DNA of 64,000 nt from Octopus vulgaris (Eukaryota), in the NCBI GenBank assembly GCA_951406725.2, contig OX597823.1, forward strand, positions 109,058,001-109,122,000, in the 5' to 3' direction. The notes under the pieces were generated by a model. It was not told the origin of the DNA and ran no database searches. It was given only the letters and a program-made list of their open reading frames with translations. This document shows positions 24,746 to 39,721 of this stretch, one piece after another. Position numbers and translations under genes: made by a program. Position 1 is the stretch's first letter; each line of letters begins with the position of its first letter.

Positions 24746-25140
24746 GCGCAGGAGTGGCTGTGTGGTTAGTAGCTTGCTTACCAGTCACATGGTTCCGGGT
24801 TCATTCCCACTGCGTGGCATCTTGGGCAAGTATCTTCTACTATAGCCTCGGACCGACCAAAGCCTTGTGAGTGGATTTGGTAGACGGAAACTGAAATAAA
24901 CCCGTCGTATATATGTATATGTGTGTGTGTGTGCGCGTGTTTGTTAGTCTGTGTTTGTCCCCTCAGCATCGCTTGAAAACCGATGTTGGTATGTTTACGT
25001 CCCCGTCACTTAGCGGTTCGGCAAGAGGTATCGACAGAATAAGTACTAGGCTTACAAAGAATAAGTCCTGGGGTCGATTTGCTAGCCTAAAGTCGTTGCT
25101 CCAGCATGGCCGTAGTCAAATGACTGAAACAAATAAAAGA
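24746..25140 (+). mobile_element. SINE family 2, full length, inside (ATAC)n
   Basis: Matches the 18591 copy. Confidence 0.9.
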
Positions 25141-25178
25141 ATCCATACATGCATACATACAGGCATACACACACATAT

Positions 25179-25508
25179 GAAGGCGCATGGCTCAGTGGTT
25201 AGAGCGTCGGGTTTACAATCGCGAGGTAGTGAGTCGATTCCCGGACCGGGCTATGTGTTGTGTTCTTGAGCAAGACACTTTATTTCACACTGTTCCAGTT
25301 CACTCAGCTGCAGAAATAAGTTGCGACGGTGTCAAACTGTATCAGCCTTTGCCTTTTCCTTCGACACACATCGGTGGCGTCAGAGGGGAGACTGGTATGG
25401 ATTAGCGACTGCTGCTCTTCTACAATTTAACCTTCTCTGGATTTGTGTCTCGGAAGGGAACTTTGTCGGTGCAAACCCATGGTTATTCGTGACCTAAGGG
25501 TGTCTTTT
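25179..25508 (+). mobile_element. SINE family 3, near full length
   Basis: A and B boxes plus the TTGAGCAAGACACTTTATTTCAC core. Confidence 0.85.
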
Positions 25509-26288
25509 ACACGCACACACACACACATACACACATACACACGCGCATTTGTAAACACTTGTAATAAAATATACAGAAAATTGTGATATATGAGATAGAT
25601 TATTTCTTCTGACTAGAATACTCTTAATTTACTAACGCTATTAGGCAAATGGAGACAAACCTGTCTCGTAATTTTATTTCAAAATTCTCGATTGTATCCC
25701 ACAAAAAATATGCAATTATTTCCTTTATTTTACATTCTCCTTAATATAGGTTAGCATCTCAAGTATATTATTTCAAAACCAACGCCCTAATTACAAATTT
25801 CTGCAAAGCTCATTTGTTCCATGTTTATTTCAATTGTTCTTAATTGAATTCCTTCTCGCCTCGCTTAAAATTATCACTGAAAATGTCAATAGAAAATTTA
25901 TGACATTTGGTAAATGAGGTTTCATTATTTGAAGTTGCCCATAGGAATTAAATTATGTTATGGCTTCAAGTAATATATTTTTCATTTTTGTAATGATACA
26001 TTATTAGAATAGATATTATTAGATATTATCCAGTTGTGAGTTGAGAATACACTCTGTATTTTGCTAGTCGTGGGCATATTATTTCATTTTAACTGTTATT
26101 TTATTTAGTAAAGCATTAATGCTATTTAATCTCATATCTTGCCACTAAATATCTGGGAGCTAAGTTTTGGACCAAAGCAGCAACAATTGCCTGGTAGTGA
26201 TATCACTGCACTGTTTCTTCTATTCATCATTACGGTAGAAAATAGAAAAGTGACCTAACCCTTGAAGGGTATATGTATTTTCATGCGA

Positions 26289-26693
26289 AAGGCGGCGAGG
26301 TGGCAGAAACGTTAGAACGCCGGGCGAAATGCATTGCCGTATTTCGTCTGCCGTTAAGTTCTGGGTTCAAATTCCGCCGAGGTCGACTTTGCCTTTCATC
26401 CTTTCGGGGTCGATAAATTAAGTACTAGTTACGCACTGGGGTGGATGTAATCGACTTAATCCGTTTGTCTGTCCTTGTTTGTCCTCTCTGTGTTTAGCCC
26501 CTTGTGGATAATAAAGAAATAGGTATTTCGTCTGCCGTTACGTTGTGAGTTCAAATTCCGCCGAGGTCGAGTTTGCCTTTCATCCTTTCGGGGTCGATAA
26601 ATTAAGTACCAGTTACGCACTGGGGTCGATGTAATCGACTTAATCCGTTTGTCTGTCCTTGTTTGTCCCCTCTGTGTTTATAGTAAAGAAATA
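26289..26693 (+). mobile_element. SINE family 1 dimer
   Basis: Junction AAAGAAATA|GGTATTTCGTCTGCC at about 26521. Confidence 0.9.
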
Positions 26694-27127
26694 TATAAAA
26701 TATATATATATGTATTTCAATACGAAACTGTACGGGATTGCGTGAGTTTATACATACATAAATGCATACATTTGGGCTATTGTACTGGACAGCTGATGAG
26801 ATACGCAACTTGGACATCAAAACCAGAAATGTACTGACCACCACTGACAACTTTCACATTACCAGTGACACCGATAGGATTTATATGAGACGAAGTGATG
26901 GCGATAGAGACATAAGATTTGTCTAAACAGTCTTTGAATGTCGCATTATATCACTCAGACAACACCTGTTGAACACTAAAGAAAGAAATAAGTACATTCC
27001 AAGCATACTCAAAAGTGAGAGCAACATCTTCAGAGCTGGAGAAGAACTACTCTGCCGTTACTCTGAGAATACAACTGTCTCGTTCGATCCAAATGAGGCT
27101 GGGGTGGAATAACTAAACAGAAACTTT

Positions 27128-27360
27128 AAGGCGGCGAGTTGGCAGAAACGTTAGCAGGCCGGGCGAAATACTTAGCGGTATTTCGTCTGCCGTTACGTTC
27201 TGAGTTCAAATTCCGCCGAGGTCAACTTTGCCTTTCATTCTTTCGGGGTCGATAAATTAGGTACCAGTTGCGCACTGGAGTCGATATAATCGACTTAATC
27301 CGTTTGCCCGTCCTTGTTTGTCCCCTCTATGTTTAGCCCCTTATGGGCAATAAAAAAATA
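27128..27360 (+). mobile_element. SINE family 1 inserted in the R4-like element
   Basis: Full length; short TSD AGAAACTT. Confidence 0.9.
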
Positions 27361-27797
27361 AGAAACTTGGAGGAGAAGCAGACATCATACTATCAAAAAG
27401 CAATGCATGTGTATATAAGCTAGAAGGTAGCAATTGCATTGACGGGAAGAGTAGACTCCTTTGGATGTGCAATAGGTACATTATATCCCACCGAGAAGAA
27501 TATGCTTTCGCTATCCAGGAAAGGAGATAGCTACTAAATACCTGATAAACAAAAGGGACAAAGACACCACTAAACCTCTACGTTGTGATAAAAAATGTCG
27601 GCTCTGCTGTACGAATGTGGAAGATATCATCCATATCATCAGCAGCTGCCCCATCCCCCCAAATGTCTACGAGATACTATCTGCCCCTGAGGATTGATAT
27701 AGTTGTTATGACTAGTTATAATACTATATGTAAGAAGGACTGCCCTGACGTATACATCAAAAGCATGCCACAACCAGAAGGTATTCACACCTCCATT

Positions 27798-28022
27798 AAG
27801 GCGGCGAGCTGGCAGAAACGTTAGCACGCCGGGCGAAATGCTTAGCGGTATTTCGTCTGCGTTACGTTGTGAGTTCAAATTCCGCCGAGGTCGACTTTGC
27901 CTTTCATTCTTTCGGGGTCGATAAATTAAGTACTAGTTACGCACTGGGGTCGATGTAATCGACTTAATGTCTGTCCTTGCTTGTCCCCTCTGTGTTTAGC
28001 CCCTTGTGGGTAATAAAGAAAT
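27798..28022 (+). mobile_element. SINE family 1 inserted in the R4-like element
   Basis: Full length; 17-bp TSD AGGTATTCACACCTCCA (27779-27795, 28023-28039). Confidence 0.92.
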
Positions 28023-29272
28023 AGGTATTCACACCTCCAAAAACAAAGAACACTGGTGGAATATCTAATAAAAACAACAATTCGGTGCTAACATAACACA
28101 TCTGATATTGTTCTGTGGAACAGAGAATAAAAGTCATGCACTGTAGTAGAGGTCAGCTGCCCAGCAGACATGAATGTACAATCAAAAGCCCAGAAATTAA
28201 TGCGAAATTTAAAACTCTTATAACCTAACTATGAATTCTCATGTGTGCCCATTTTTATAGGTGCATTAGGTTATGTACCAACAAACTTGCACAAAAACCT
28301 AGGAAAACTTGGTTTCACAGAAAAAGAGCAGAGGAAAAAACAAAAAAAACAAAACAAAGAAAGCTGACATGATTCCTTCAAATCAAGTCTATTAGTGGAA
28401 CAGTAAAGATCTGTAAGACATTGCTGAAAATCTCCATGTGAGATTCTTATGTGAATAGATGCACATACTTAGGTGCGTCGTGCATCGACTGTTCAACCAA
28501 CACACCAACTCAACTACATATTCACAGACATCGAAACTCTCTTAAAACAAACGATCTTGTAACTTTGTCCTCCAACCAGGTCTTTCCCAATACACTTAGA
28601 GTCTGGGACTTTTCAGCTCCTCCTTGCTTACTAAGCCACAATAACTACAGCACAACTACAATATTACCATGACAACTACAACACAATGCATCCACACCAA
28701 CTGCGCTTAAATTGCTACCACTGTAATACTACTTCAAAACTACTGGTGGTGCCAGGTGTCTACCACTTCAACAGACACAATGGTCGGAGTCATAATCGCC
28801 ACTAACACCATTATCAATAGCGTCACCACCATCACTATCATAACGATCACCATCATTATTCCCAACACTACCATCACCAGCATCACTACCATAACAATCA
28901 TCCTTCTAAAGCTATCGTCATAAGCATCTCTACCACCGCGAGCAACATCATCACTATTTCCATCACCATCTTCATGACCACCAAACCGCCACCCCAACTT
29001 TAACTGAACGCTCATTTACGCCTACCAGTTTAACGAAAACAGCAGCAACAATACCAGCCTCGGATGTGGAAAAAATATGGTGTCTTTTCCCAGGTCATTC
29101 GATCGGCTAAACATAGCAGTCCAAATCACCCACACTACCATCTTCAAAGATAGATTATGTAGCCCAGTGAATATTAGTCATGGAAATAAGAGAGTATGTT
29201 GTCAATTACTAACCGGATCGATCAAGGTTGACTTGGGAAGGAACAGGAACAATGAACAGCAGCAGCAACAGT

Positions 29273-29752
29273 GAAGGTGCAATGGCCCAGTGGCTAGGGT
29301 AGCGGCCTCGCGGTTGTAAGAACGCGGTTTCGATTCTCAGACCGGGTATTGTGAGTGTTTATTGAGCAAAAACACTTAAGCTCCACGAGGCTCCGGCGGG
29401 GACGGGGGTAAACCCCGCTGTACTCTTTCACCACAACTTTCTCTCACTCTTTTTTCCTACTTCTGTCACAAAGTAGAGGAACCCTGGTGTAACCCACTAT
29501 GGTGTGGTAAACTTTTAGACCCTCGTCTAGTTTGCGAATCCTCTGTACCCCAGGATGGTTCAGCTCTCCACCCGTTAAAAGCCACCGTTTGCAGAATGAG
29601 GATAACAACGTAGCTTTCATGCCCGTGCAACCGTCAGTCTATCGCGTGTGGTGGTTGGATCTTCAAGTTGCCACACGCATTCGTAGTAGCTTAGAGTAGG
29701 CTCGAATTAGAGATTATTCTTTGAGGCTAATGGTGTGAGTCCTGATTGGAAT
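29273..29752 (+). mobile_element. tRNA-derived SINE family 4, copy 1
   Basis: A-box TGGCCCAGTGG, B-box-like GGTTTCGATTC; collinear with 39722-40180. Confidence 0.85.
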
Positions 29753-30221
<469 letters not shown>

Positions 30222-31059
30222 CAGCAGCAACAGTAATAATGTTAAGAGAACTGTTGATCAAACGTGTTGCTGTCATTTTGATTTCTAAAACAATGTGTCT
30301 CGGATTATATTTTGCTCTGTGGCATTCCTTCGTTTTAAGATACTATCTTACGATATAGGTTTATTTGTGGCCTTGTGTTTATTTGCCACCTTTTTTCGAG
30401 ACATGCTGAGTGGATTTAGATATGCTTCAAATTCTGTATCTGTGTTAATTGACATCTCTAGAAAAATTTAAATGGTGTTCTGTCCTTTAAGAAAATTTAA
30501 CAAAATCTTCCTTAGTTTGACATTTTCCACCATAAAATACATAATAAATCCTGAATAGACAGGGTCGCTGTTTTAGATATGTGGGAGAATGTATCCTATA
30601 ACAAGATGCAGCGAAAACTCATTCAGAATAAATTCACAAGTTCATATGAAACTGAATTACAACTACGTATTACTTTAGGGGAAAATCTGCATAGAGCATG
30701 TGTTCAAAAGGAAATAGTTAAGATAGTCATCTCATGACAAGACAAAGAGTCAAAAAATAGCTTACTTCTGTCAAGTTGAAAAATACCAAGCTTTAGGCAT
30801 GATTCTTCACACTACCACCATATGAAAAATTTACTATGGTGTATGTAAACATCTTGATATTGTTGTGAAAATATTTACTAGCTAAAAGCAAAGATTTAAA
30901 GAAAACGGATTATGTGACCTACAAAAGAAAATTATGATTCTGATACTCACCGCACACGTATGAAAGTATGTATGTATGTATGTATGTATGTATGTATGTA
31001 TGTATGTATGTATGTATGTGTGTATGTATGTATGTATGTATGTATGTATGTATGTATAG

Positions 31060-31320
31060 GAGAAGCCTTAGAAGGAATGAACCTGTGGAGAATGAGGGAG
31101 CGTTGCGTTTTGTGTGTAAATTGTGATAAGGCTATTGTTCACAACACATGTGCAGCACGTGGAAAGGTGTGCCTCTCAGTTGGAGGACTGAAAAGACATG
31201 TCAAAAGAGTTCATTCTGTGGAACCTGTTTCTTCTGCCAGCCAGCACAGCGGTGAATTATAAAATACAATATGCAAAATTTTCACCGGGCTCAAGAGTCA
31301 AGCAAGGTCTTCACGTTGCA
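31060..31320 (+). pseudogene. Possible RTE-type LINE 3' remnant with a C2H2-like finger
   Basis: TCAARGKVCLSVGGLKRHVKRVH resembles the terminal C2H2 motif of RTE ORFs. Confidence 0.35.
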
Positions 31321-31384
31321 TTAACATTGATTCATTTCAATAATTCTTTCTAGAAATCCTTAATTTCAAACACGGTAACCCCCC

Positions 31385-32519
31385 TCCCCCGAAAAATTGG
31401 GTCTACCCATTTTTTTTATGAATTCAAACTTTGAAATAATGCTTCCCCAAAAGTCAGTAATATCAACAGAGATTGGGGGTGAAGGGTCCACTAGTGATCG
31501 GATGATAAAACAGTGGCCTGACAGATTCAGTAGTGAGAATGAGAGCCTTGAAGATCAAGAAGGTAGAGAACAGAGCAGCATTTGAAAACAATACACCTTT
31601 CTGGAACCTAATCAGAGCATTACATCGGAAGATTACTATAAGCAACTGGAAAAATGCATATCCACTTGAGCAAAATGAGACCTGCACTTGTCAATCGACG
31701 TGGTCCAATTCTGCTCCACGACAACGCTGGAGCGCACGTTTTCAGGATGATACTGCGGAAGCTCACAGACTTTTGATATGAGACTTTACCATAGGCGCAG
31801 GAGTGGCTGTGTGGTAAGTAGCTTGCTAACCAACCACATGGTTCCGTGTTCAGTCCCACTGCGTGGCATCTTGGGCAAGTGTCTTCTGCTATAGCCTCGG
31901 GCCGATCAATGCCTTGTGAGTGGTTTTGGTAGACGGAAACTGAAAGAAGCCTGTCGTATATATGTATATATATATATATATACATGTATGTATGTGTGTG
32001 TGTTTGTGTGTCTGTGTTTGTTCCCCTAGCATTGCTTGACAACCGATGCTGGTGTGTTGACGTCCCCGTAACTTAGCGGTTCGGCAAAAAGAGACCGATA
32101 TAATAAGTACTGGGCTTACAAAAAGAATAAGTCCCGGGGTCGATTTGCTCGACTAAAGGCGGTGCTCCAGCATGGCCGCAGTCAAATGACTGAAACAAGT
32201 AAAAGAGTAAAAGAGTATATCTTCCATATTCTCCTGATCTTTCACCCACTGAATATCACTTTTTCAAGCATCTGGATACATTTTTAAGGCAAAAAAGACC
32301 TTCCCTTCTAAAACTGAGGTCGAAATTGAATTCAAGGATTTTTTGGCATCAAACTTTTAGATTTTTATCGAAGAGGCATAAATGATCTTGTTAATCGATA
32401 GGAGGAATGCATAATTGTTCAGGAATCATATTTTGAATAATTAAGCATTTGTATAAGTTCAGGTTTTCAAGAAAATAGGCTTATTTTTAGAATCAGCTAT
32501 TTTCCGAAAAACCTAATAA
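31385..32519 (+). mobile_element. Internally deleted mariner (Hsmar1/cecropia-like) transposon
   Basis: N-terminal FFYEFKL...NINRDWGEGSTSDRMIKQW..RF..ENESLED; catalytic region RPALVNRRGPILLHDNA...LPYSPDLSPTEYHFFKHLD; 3' TIR-like ...CCGAAAAACCTAATA; split by a SINE. Confidence 0.85.
31793..32216 (+). mobile_element. SINE family 2 inserted in the mariner ORF
   Basis: Near-consensus full-length copy interrupting YETLP|YLPYSPD. Confidence 0.92.
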
Positions 32520-32810
32520 CATTATTTTAGTGTTTTCCCTAAATGGATTTTCTGAAAAATAGCTTTACGAAATTCTTCGATCTAGCTACGAAACAAACTG
32601 CCACGTTGCCCTTATCTTTAAGTGAAATAATCATTTTAATTTTCAGTTTCCTCTTCGATAGATAAACACAAACATTCCATATTGTAAGGGCTACAAATGC
32701 ACAACCACACACACATTCACACACGCACACACGCCTATACACACATGCACAAGCACATACAGACACACGCACATACACAAACATCTGTATATATGCATAC
32801 ATATATATAT

Positions 32811-32884
<74 letters not shown>

Positions 32885-32904
32885 GTATATATACATATGT
32901 ATAT

Positions 32905-32960
32905 AAAGGCGGTGCTCCAGCATGGCCACAGATGACTGAAACAAGTAAAAGAATAAAAGA
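32905..32960 (+). mobile_element. SINE family 2, 3'-end-only copy
   Basis: AAAGGCGGTGCTCCAGCATGGCCACAGATGACTGAAACAAGTAAAAGAATAAAAGA. Confidence 0.8.
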
Positions 32961-34479
32961 ATATATACATATATATACATATATATATATCATATGCGCT
33001 ACAAGCATTATACGACTCAGTACATTGGATCGAGTGGACAGTTACGTTTCTTTTGTTAAAAAATGATTATCCACTCGAGTTTTGCCTTCGACCTTCTGGC
33101 TGATCACGACTGCGACGGAAATGGAGTGACATGTGGTATTTTTGAGGCAAGAAGGGCACTAAAAGCTTCGAGATTGGAGGGATTCTTAGTTGAATTTCAG
33201 AATTTAAAATATAAAAAGAAATTTTAAGTGAATATGTTCAGGGCATCTGAGGACTATTGAGTATGTGTGTGTGCGCTCGTGCATGTGTGCGGGTCTCTGG
33301 AAGCCTTTCCTGTTTATACATATATATATATACGTGCACATTCTCACTCTTAGGAAAGTTTCAGCATTGAAACGTTATTACTGTCTATAAAAAAACCCCA
33401 CTCAAAGTCTACCGAAACCATTGATGACAGTTTAGTCTAAAGCTAGGTGGACTATTTCTTGAGTAAATTATGGTGAGAGCAGTCAGTGTTGCTGCTGTAA
33501 CATTAAAGAAAACAAAATATGGAAAATTGATAAGTATCCATTAATATATTCACGTGAAAGGATATTGAACTGGCGCCGGACAAAATGTTTAACTACATTT
33601 CTTCCATTTTTTGTTTTCCATTTCTGTGTTCAAATGTCGCCAGGGTCGAACATTTAATAAGTACCAGTTGAGTAGTTGAGTGGATGTAATCAACTCCCCC
33701 ACTCTCTGCAAAATTGCTGGCCTTGTGTCCAAATTAAAAAGAAACATAGTTCAGATAATCATCGTTCACTTTACTTTGTGAAATTAAAATTACAAACGAA
33801 TTAAATGTTACTGCCAGTTAATCAAAATTGCAATTCTTCAGTTAATGATTAAATTTTCTTTTAACTTGGTTCAACAATATTTTTTTAAAGGAGTCAATAA
33901 GAATGTTGATAACTCAGTAATCTCACAGACAGTTTCTTACGAATATTAATATTTAAGATTTCATCATATCAAATAAAGATAGAGTTCCTTAATAATTTCA
34001 TGTCTAGATTCCATTCGGCATTTACACGCCTTCATTAAATATATTTTAATTATCCTGTCTAAAGTAATTAATTTCCATTATTTCCCATTTCAATCTTAAT
34101 TTCTGCCTCTTTACTTTGCTACCATCTCTCAGAATTCATCGCCTGGTGGATGATGGATATTCACAGACACCATGACAAAGTCAACAGTTGAAAACATTTA
34201 TCAACCCCGTCGCTTTGACATGGGTTCTTGAAAACAAACATCCCATTCCATCCCAATTATATTTAGATTAAATTTAAATATGTCAGTATATAAATAATGT
34301 ATTTCTAAACCTAATATGAATTAACTTGGTAAAATTGCATTTTCAGAAATGCTTTTAATACTCCTAGACCTATGGGATAATTATGAAAACAAATAATGCC
34401 GATGCCGACTTCGGTAACTCACGCATCTCAACGATATAAAATACCCCTATACAAATATAGATACACATACATAAATACA

Positions 34480-34985
34480 AGCACACACTCACACACACAT
34501 GCATACATACGCCCATACATACATACGTTCACAGATACATGCATGCCTGCATACATACATGCATACATACATACATAATTCATACGTACATAAATGCATA
34601 CACACATACATACAAACGTACGTATATACATACATACATACGTACACACATACATACATACGTTCGTACACACATACATACGTACATACATACGTAAGTA
34701 CATACATGCATGCGTACATACATACATACATACATTCATACATACGTACATACATACATACGTACGTACACACATACATACGTACATACGTACGTACACA
34801 CATACGTACATACACACGTAAGTACATACATACATACGTACATACATAGTACGTACACACATACATACGTACATACATACGTAAGTCCGTACATACCTAC
34901 TTACATACATACACACACATGCGTATGTACACACATACATACATAATACATACATACATACATACATACGTACATACATGCACAG
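34480..34985. repeat. Degenerate (TACA/TACG)n tract
   Basis: Directly visible. Confidence 0.9.
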
Positions 34986-35029
34986 ACAATACAAGAAAAA
35001 TAAATATATATTTTTTTGTCATCAGATCT

Positions 35030-35247
35030 TGTTATGTCGCACGTTCGGATGACGTGCCTTTGCCAATAACGTATCTCTACTCAACTACCGAACTCTCACT
35101 TCCGACAACTTGACTCAACAGAACTCGACATCTAGTCCACTCACGGCTCCGGCTCGCTCCACTCGATGCTTCTACGACTAACTATCACGTCCACAATTTA
35201 TACGTATTGGACTAGCCTACTTATCGTCTGAGAGCGCCCACACAACA
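35030..35247. mobile_element. Putative solo LTR
   Basis: TGTTATG...CACAACA termini (6/7 inverted match); 5-bp near-TSD GATCT/GATTT; CpG-rich interior with TATAAAT on the minus strand. Confidence 0.45.
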
Positions 35248-35601
35248 GATTTCCAGTTCAAATTCGTTCTGAAGAGGTGGTAATCAGTTTTGCTTATCCA
35301 TCCATAGTTCTTCAATGATACTTGGCTTCGTAGTTGTGAATCCGACTGGCAGTTTGGATCTTTATCAGATCATCTTACGTACATTATATCTTTAAAATAT
35401 GTCTCGTTTAACTGTTGTGTGACTTTTGTATTTTATGTTTCCGTGCATAATATGTGTCTTCCATGCATGTTTATGTATGTGTAAATGTATATGAACGAAT
35501 GTGTGTGAGCATATTTCTGTAGGTATATTTATGCATGTATGCATCTGTACGCGAGTGTTTATGAATGTACGTGTGTATGCATATGTGTGTGCATGTGTGT
35601 A

Positions 35602-35677
<76 letters not shown>

Positions 35678-36789
35678 TGTGTGCGTGCGTGTGTGTATGC
35701 ATAAGCACCTCAAAGTTTTTAATATGACTTGTGAATATTGTATATCAGGCTTTACGTCCTCCATTGGTAAACCATTTTTTCTCAATCTACTTTATTTTTT
35801 TCTTTGTAACTTCCAGTGAAAGCTTCGTATTTTTGGTATTTCGTAGAGTATTTGTGGCCAATAAAGAAAAGAATCGCCACAAATGTCGACAAGCCCTCAC
35901 AGTCTTCGGCAGATAATGCGGTCGTTGTAAGTTATACGTTAGCATTATTTAGATATTTAGTGGCGAGTAAGAGCGATGAGGTTCTTCGGGGAAACTCTAG
36001 GCATCGATGAGACACGACCGTTCGTTTAAGTCGTGTTCTCAGGCAAGGAACTACCATAGATACCTTTTAGCAATCCCTGGCTTGGCAGAGCTACCGAGGG
36101 AACATAGCCAGTCCGAGATAAACTCAACAGATATGAAAGTGCTGCCAGGTGGGACTACCCAAGATGTTCACAGAGCAGCAAAAACATGCTGCACGGATGC
36201 GTGTAATGGTCTACCGGTGAGGAAATATTCCAAACAGCTGTTGTTGCGGGTACGAGGAATCCGGGCATCGGTCTAATCCATTGTGATGATCGCCCCACAT
36301 ACCACGCTTAACACGGCAGATCAAACGATGTTCATATGTCTATAAGAGGTGATGAAATGAGCCAAAAAAAAAAAAGGATTGGGCAAAGAACTTATCTTTG
36401 CGGTTAAACCCTCATTGACATTTTAAAGTTCTACTTGAATAGGAAAGGGAGAAGAGGGAGGTAAGTACTCTCACCTAATGAATTTGTGAAAAGGTAAGTG
36501 ACGGCAGCAAAAATGGTTAGGATGAATGGGTCAGCCCTAAGTATGCGCCTGATGATGATGATGAAGCCTGCAACGATATTTGTAGCAAGTTTATCGGACA
36601 TGTTAGAAGCCTTTCGTTTTGACAAAATAATGTAAGAAAATAAAGGTAACTTGCGAATAGAGGGAAAACTTACCCGCAGGGGACAACTGCTGGTTATCTT
36701 CAAAAAGTCTTGCCCAAGCCTGACCATCTATGAACGGAAACGTAGTCAACCATGACCGACTGAGGCATATATATATATATATATAATAC

Positions 36790-37110
36790 AAAATGGGACA
36801 AGAACGCAAAACATCCAAACAACCAGGTAATACAAAAAATGGACGACAAAACATCCAGATAGACGATACAAAAAAACAAGGACGGGTCATTCGAAGTTTT
36901 CTATCATCAGTTAAGAACCGGATTATCCTCGCAATTTCAGCTGATTAATCTTGAGATTGCTCCAATGTGGCTAGCCTCAAGGAGAAACTAAGCTAAGAGC
37001 ATTAGATTCCTTGGAAGAAAGCATCGAATATATGCAAAAACAAGCACGGAAAAACAGACGAAGTTACACGAATATAAATACAAAATACAATAAAATGAAT
37101 AATAATAATG

Positions 37111-37176
<66 letters not shown>

Positions 37177-37330
37177 GGACATAACAACAGGTGTCTTTCG
37201 ACTGGGGACGCATTGAATTCAGCAGGCGTGTGGGGAAATGAAGCCCTACGGCAGAGATACAAAACTTTCACAAACACAGGAAAGAATATTGATGTGGCAG
37301 TGACCACAGTCAGACGCAAACAGAGGGCTA
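36790..37330. mobile_element. Interspersed repeat family B, copy 3 (internal (AAT)n expansion)
   Basis: Collinear with copies 1 and 2; flanked by (TA)n on both sides. Confidence 0.8.
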
Positions 37331-37333
37331 GCA

Positions 37334-37396
<63 letters not shown>

Positions 37397-38431
37397 CACA
37401 TATATATATACATATATATATATATATACACATATACATACGCACGCAAATACACACGCACGCACACGCACACACATTTGTGTATTGTACAAGTTCCTAT
37501 TTTTGCAATTTTAACCGCAGTCCGTTCCGATCCAGCATAGCTATGGCCCAAAGAATTCCAGCATATAGTGAACCAAATCTTGTAGAACAAGATTTTCCAA
37601 AGAATCTTGTTTTATGTCAGATGCAGACGGATAATTTGTCTGCTATTTCTAGCAAGTCGACTGACCTGGTATAGATCCTCTATCTCAAGGACGCCGTGTA
37701 GAGATGAGTAATTTCTGTCCCTTTTGTGTGTATATGTATATTTCTGTCCGTCTCGCCGTCTCTGTAATGTGAGTGAGAGTATTTTTTTTATCCCTATCTG
37801 AATGTATATATTATTTTGAAATTCAAAATATAATTTTATCTCTGTACTTACTTATTGGAAGACATTATTATAGGAACAAATTTCTTTGATTTGCCTTATT
37901 GACTACCAATTGAAATTTTTCTTTATCTCGCCGATATTCATTATTCAAATATATATTATATTTTGATAGAATCTTATTAAATGGATAAAATCACTATGCT
38001 AAATTCTAATAATATTCGAAACATTTTTTAACTTATATATCTCCATAAGTACAAGTGTATTGAATTTCGTATATGTGAGAGGGAGCGTGCATATATTCGT
38101 GTGTACATATATGTGTGAGTGTGTATATGCTAATTTATATATTTTTGCCATAGATTTATACGTGTGTGTAATCGTGTATCTCTACAAATGAGTTTGTATG
38201 TATATATGAGTGTATATATGACTATGTTTGTATGTATGCATTTTTATATACATGCATATATTTAAATTCAGTTATAGATAATCATACATAGATAAATTAG
38301 TGGATATATATATATATAGAAACGGATCCATATACGTATATACAAAAACTACATTTATATGTGTTTAGCCACACACATAACTACGTAGCTAGAAAGCACA
38401 TACATACATACATGTATATATATATATATAC

Positions 38432-38480
<49 letters not shown>

Positions 38481-39721
38481 AGTATATATATATATATATA
38501 TATGTATGTATTTATACATATGCATACACATATATTCATATATATACATTTATATATACACATGCTTGTATACATAATGATAGATAAGTACTATTTATAT
38601 GCATATATATTTTTGCTGATATGCGTGCGTGCGTGTGTGTGTGTATGTGTGCGTGTATGTGTAATTATATGTACACATACGCACATATGCAAATATACTA
38701 CACTGACACATAGACAATGCTGGTTACAGTCTGAAATCAAATTGAAAATAATCGAAATCATTGCAGGAAATTGAAAAAATATTTCAATTGAAATCTGATA
38801 AAGAACTCTACGGTGATTACATAATTATCTTTGTCAAAGACAGAAGATGAATTTAGCTGCCGAAATCTTTCAATCTCAAAATTCTTCATTTGATTGAGGT
38901 TGATATTTTTAGGACTTATATTTAGTGGAAGGCGAGTTGGATACTTTTTTTTTTTCTAATCTTCGTTCATTTATTTTTCATTTCTTCTTTTTTTAATGTC
39001 TCTTCTTTTTTTCTAATATTTCATCCAATTTCAGTTTTAATCTAGTTTAATTTATTTGGGTTGATATCATCTTTTGTGGGGGTCGGGGAGATCATATTTA
39101 TTGATGTATCTCCATTGTTCCTATCCACTTCCAGCTTTTCTACCCCTTCTGCTTCACATCATCATTATCGTCGTCGTCATCTTCAACGATGTCTCTTTCC
39201 CTATTATCATTCCATTTTATATCAGTTTGTTTCACTCAGTTTATTTAATAATACTCCTTTGTCGTTGCCAGCATCGCCATCGTCCTCACGACCCTTATCT
39301 TCATCATCATCATGGCCAAGTTTCTAATCATCATCATCGTCATCATAGGCTTTTCAAAAACATTGTCGAAGATGTCGTCGTCACCATCAACTTCATGGTC
39401 AATGTCATCAGTAGCTTAAACAACAATAATTTTGATGATGATGATGATGATGACGACGACGACGACGCAATTATGACGATGATGACAATGATTTCTTTTA
39501 TTATCCCAAGATGTTAGGGGGCTAATACAAGGACAAAATCCAAAAGAAAACAACGAGCAAGAACAAGCGGAAGGATGATGACACCAAGTAAACGTGCGAA
39601 ACAAAAAAGGGGACATCCGTAAATAAACAACAATAAAGGACAACAATAGCAAAGAAGAAAATAAGGAGAAAGAATCTCTACAAAAGGACATGGACACAAC
39701 AACAACAGCAATAGCAGCAGT

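Larger units (their letters stand above)
26760..28441 (+). pseudogene. R4/Dong-like non-LTR retrotransposon 3' remnant (RT thumb, CCHC knuckle, restriction-like endonuclease)
   Basis: Translated segments TFGLLYWTADEIRNLDIKTRNVLT, SDTDRIYMRRSDG, CRLC..VEDIIHIISSCP, SDIVLWNRE..CTVVEVSCP, VPIFIGALG and GTVKICK; many frameshifts; interrupted by two SINEs. Confidence 0.8.

Noticed and set aside
26790-26830. CTGATGA-GAT...ATC-AAAAC hammerhead look-alike
   Set aside because: It is coding sequence (WTADEIRNLDIKTR) of the R4-like element and lacks GAAA and stem I.
35760-36740. GC-richer region with several short ORFs
   Set aside because: Probably an old transposon remnant, but I could not identify a diagnostic motif.
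39574-39602. ATGATGA-CAC...GTG-C-GAAAC hammerhead-like motif
   Set aside because: The 3-8 core pair is broken and there is no stem III, NUH triplet or adjacent stem I.
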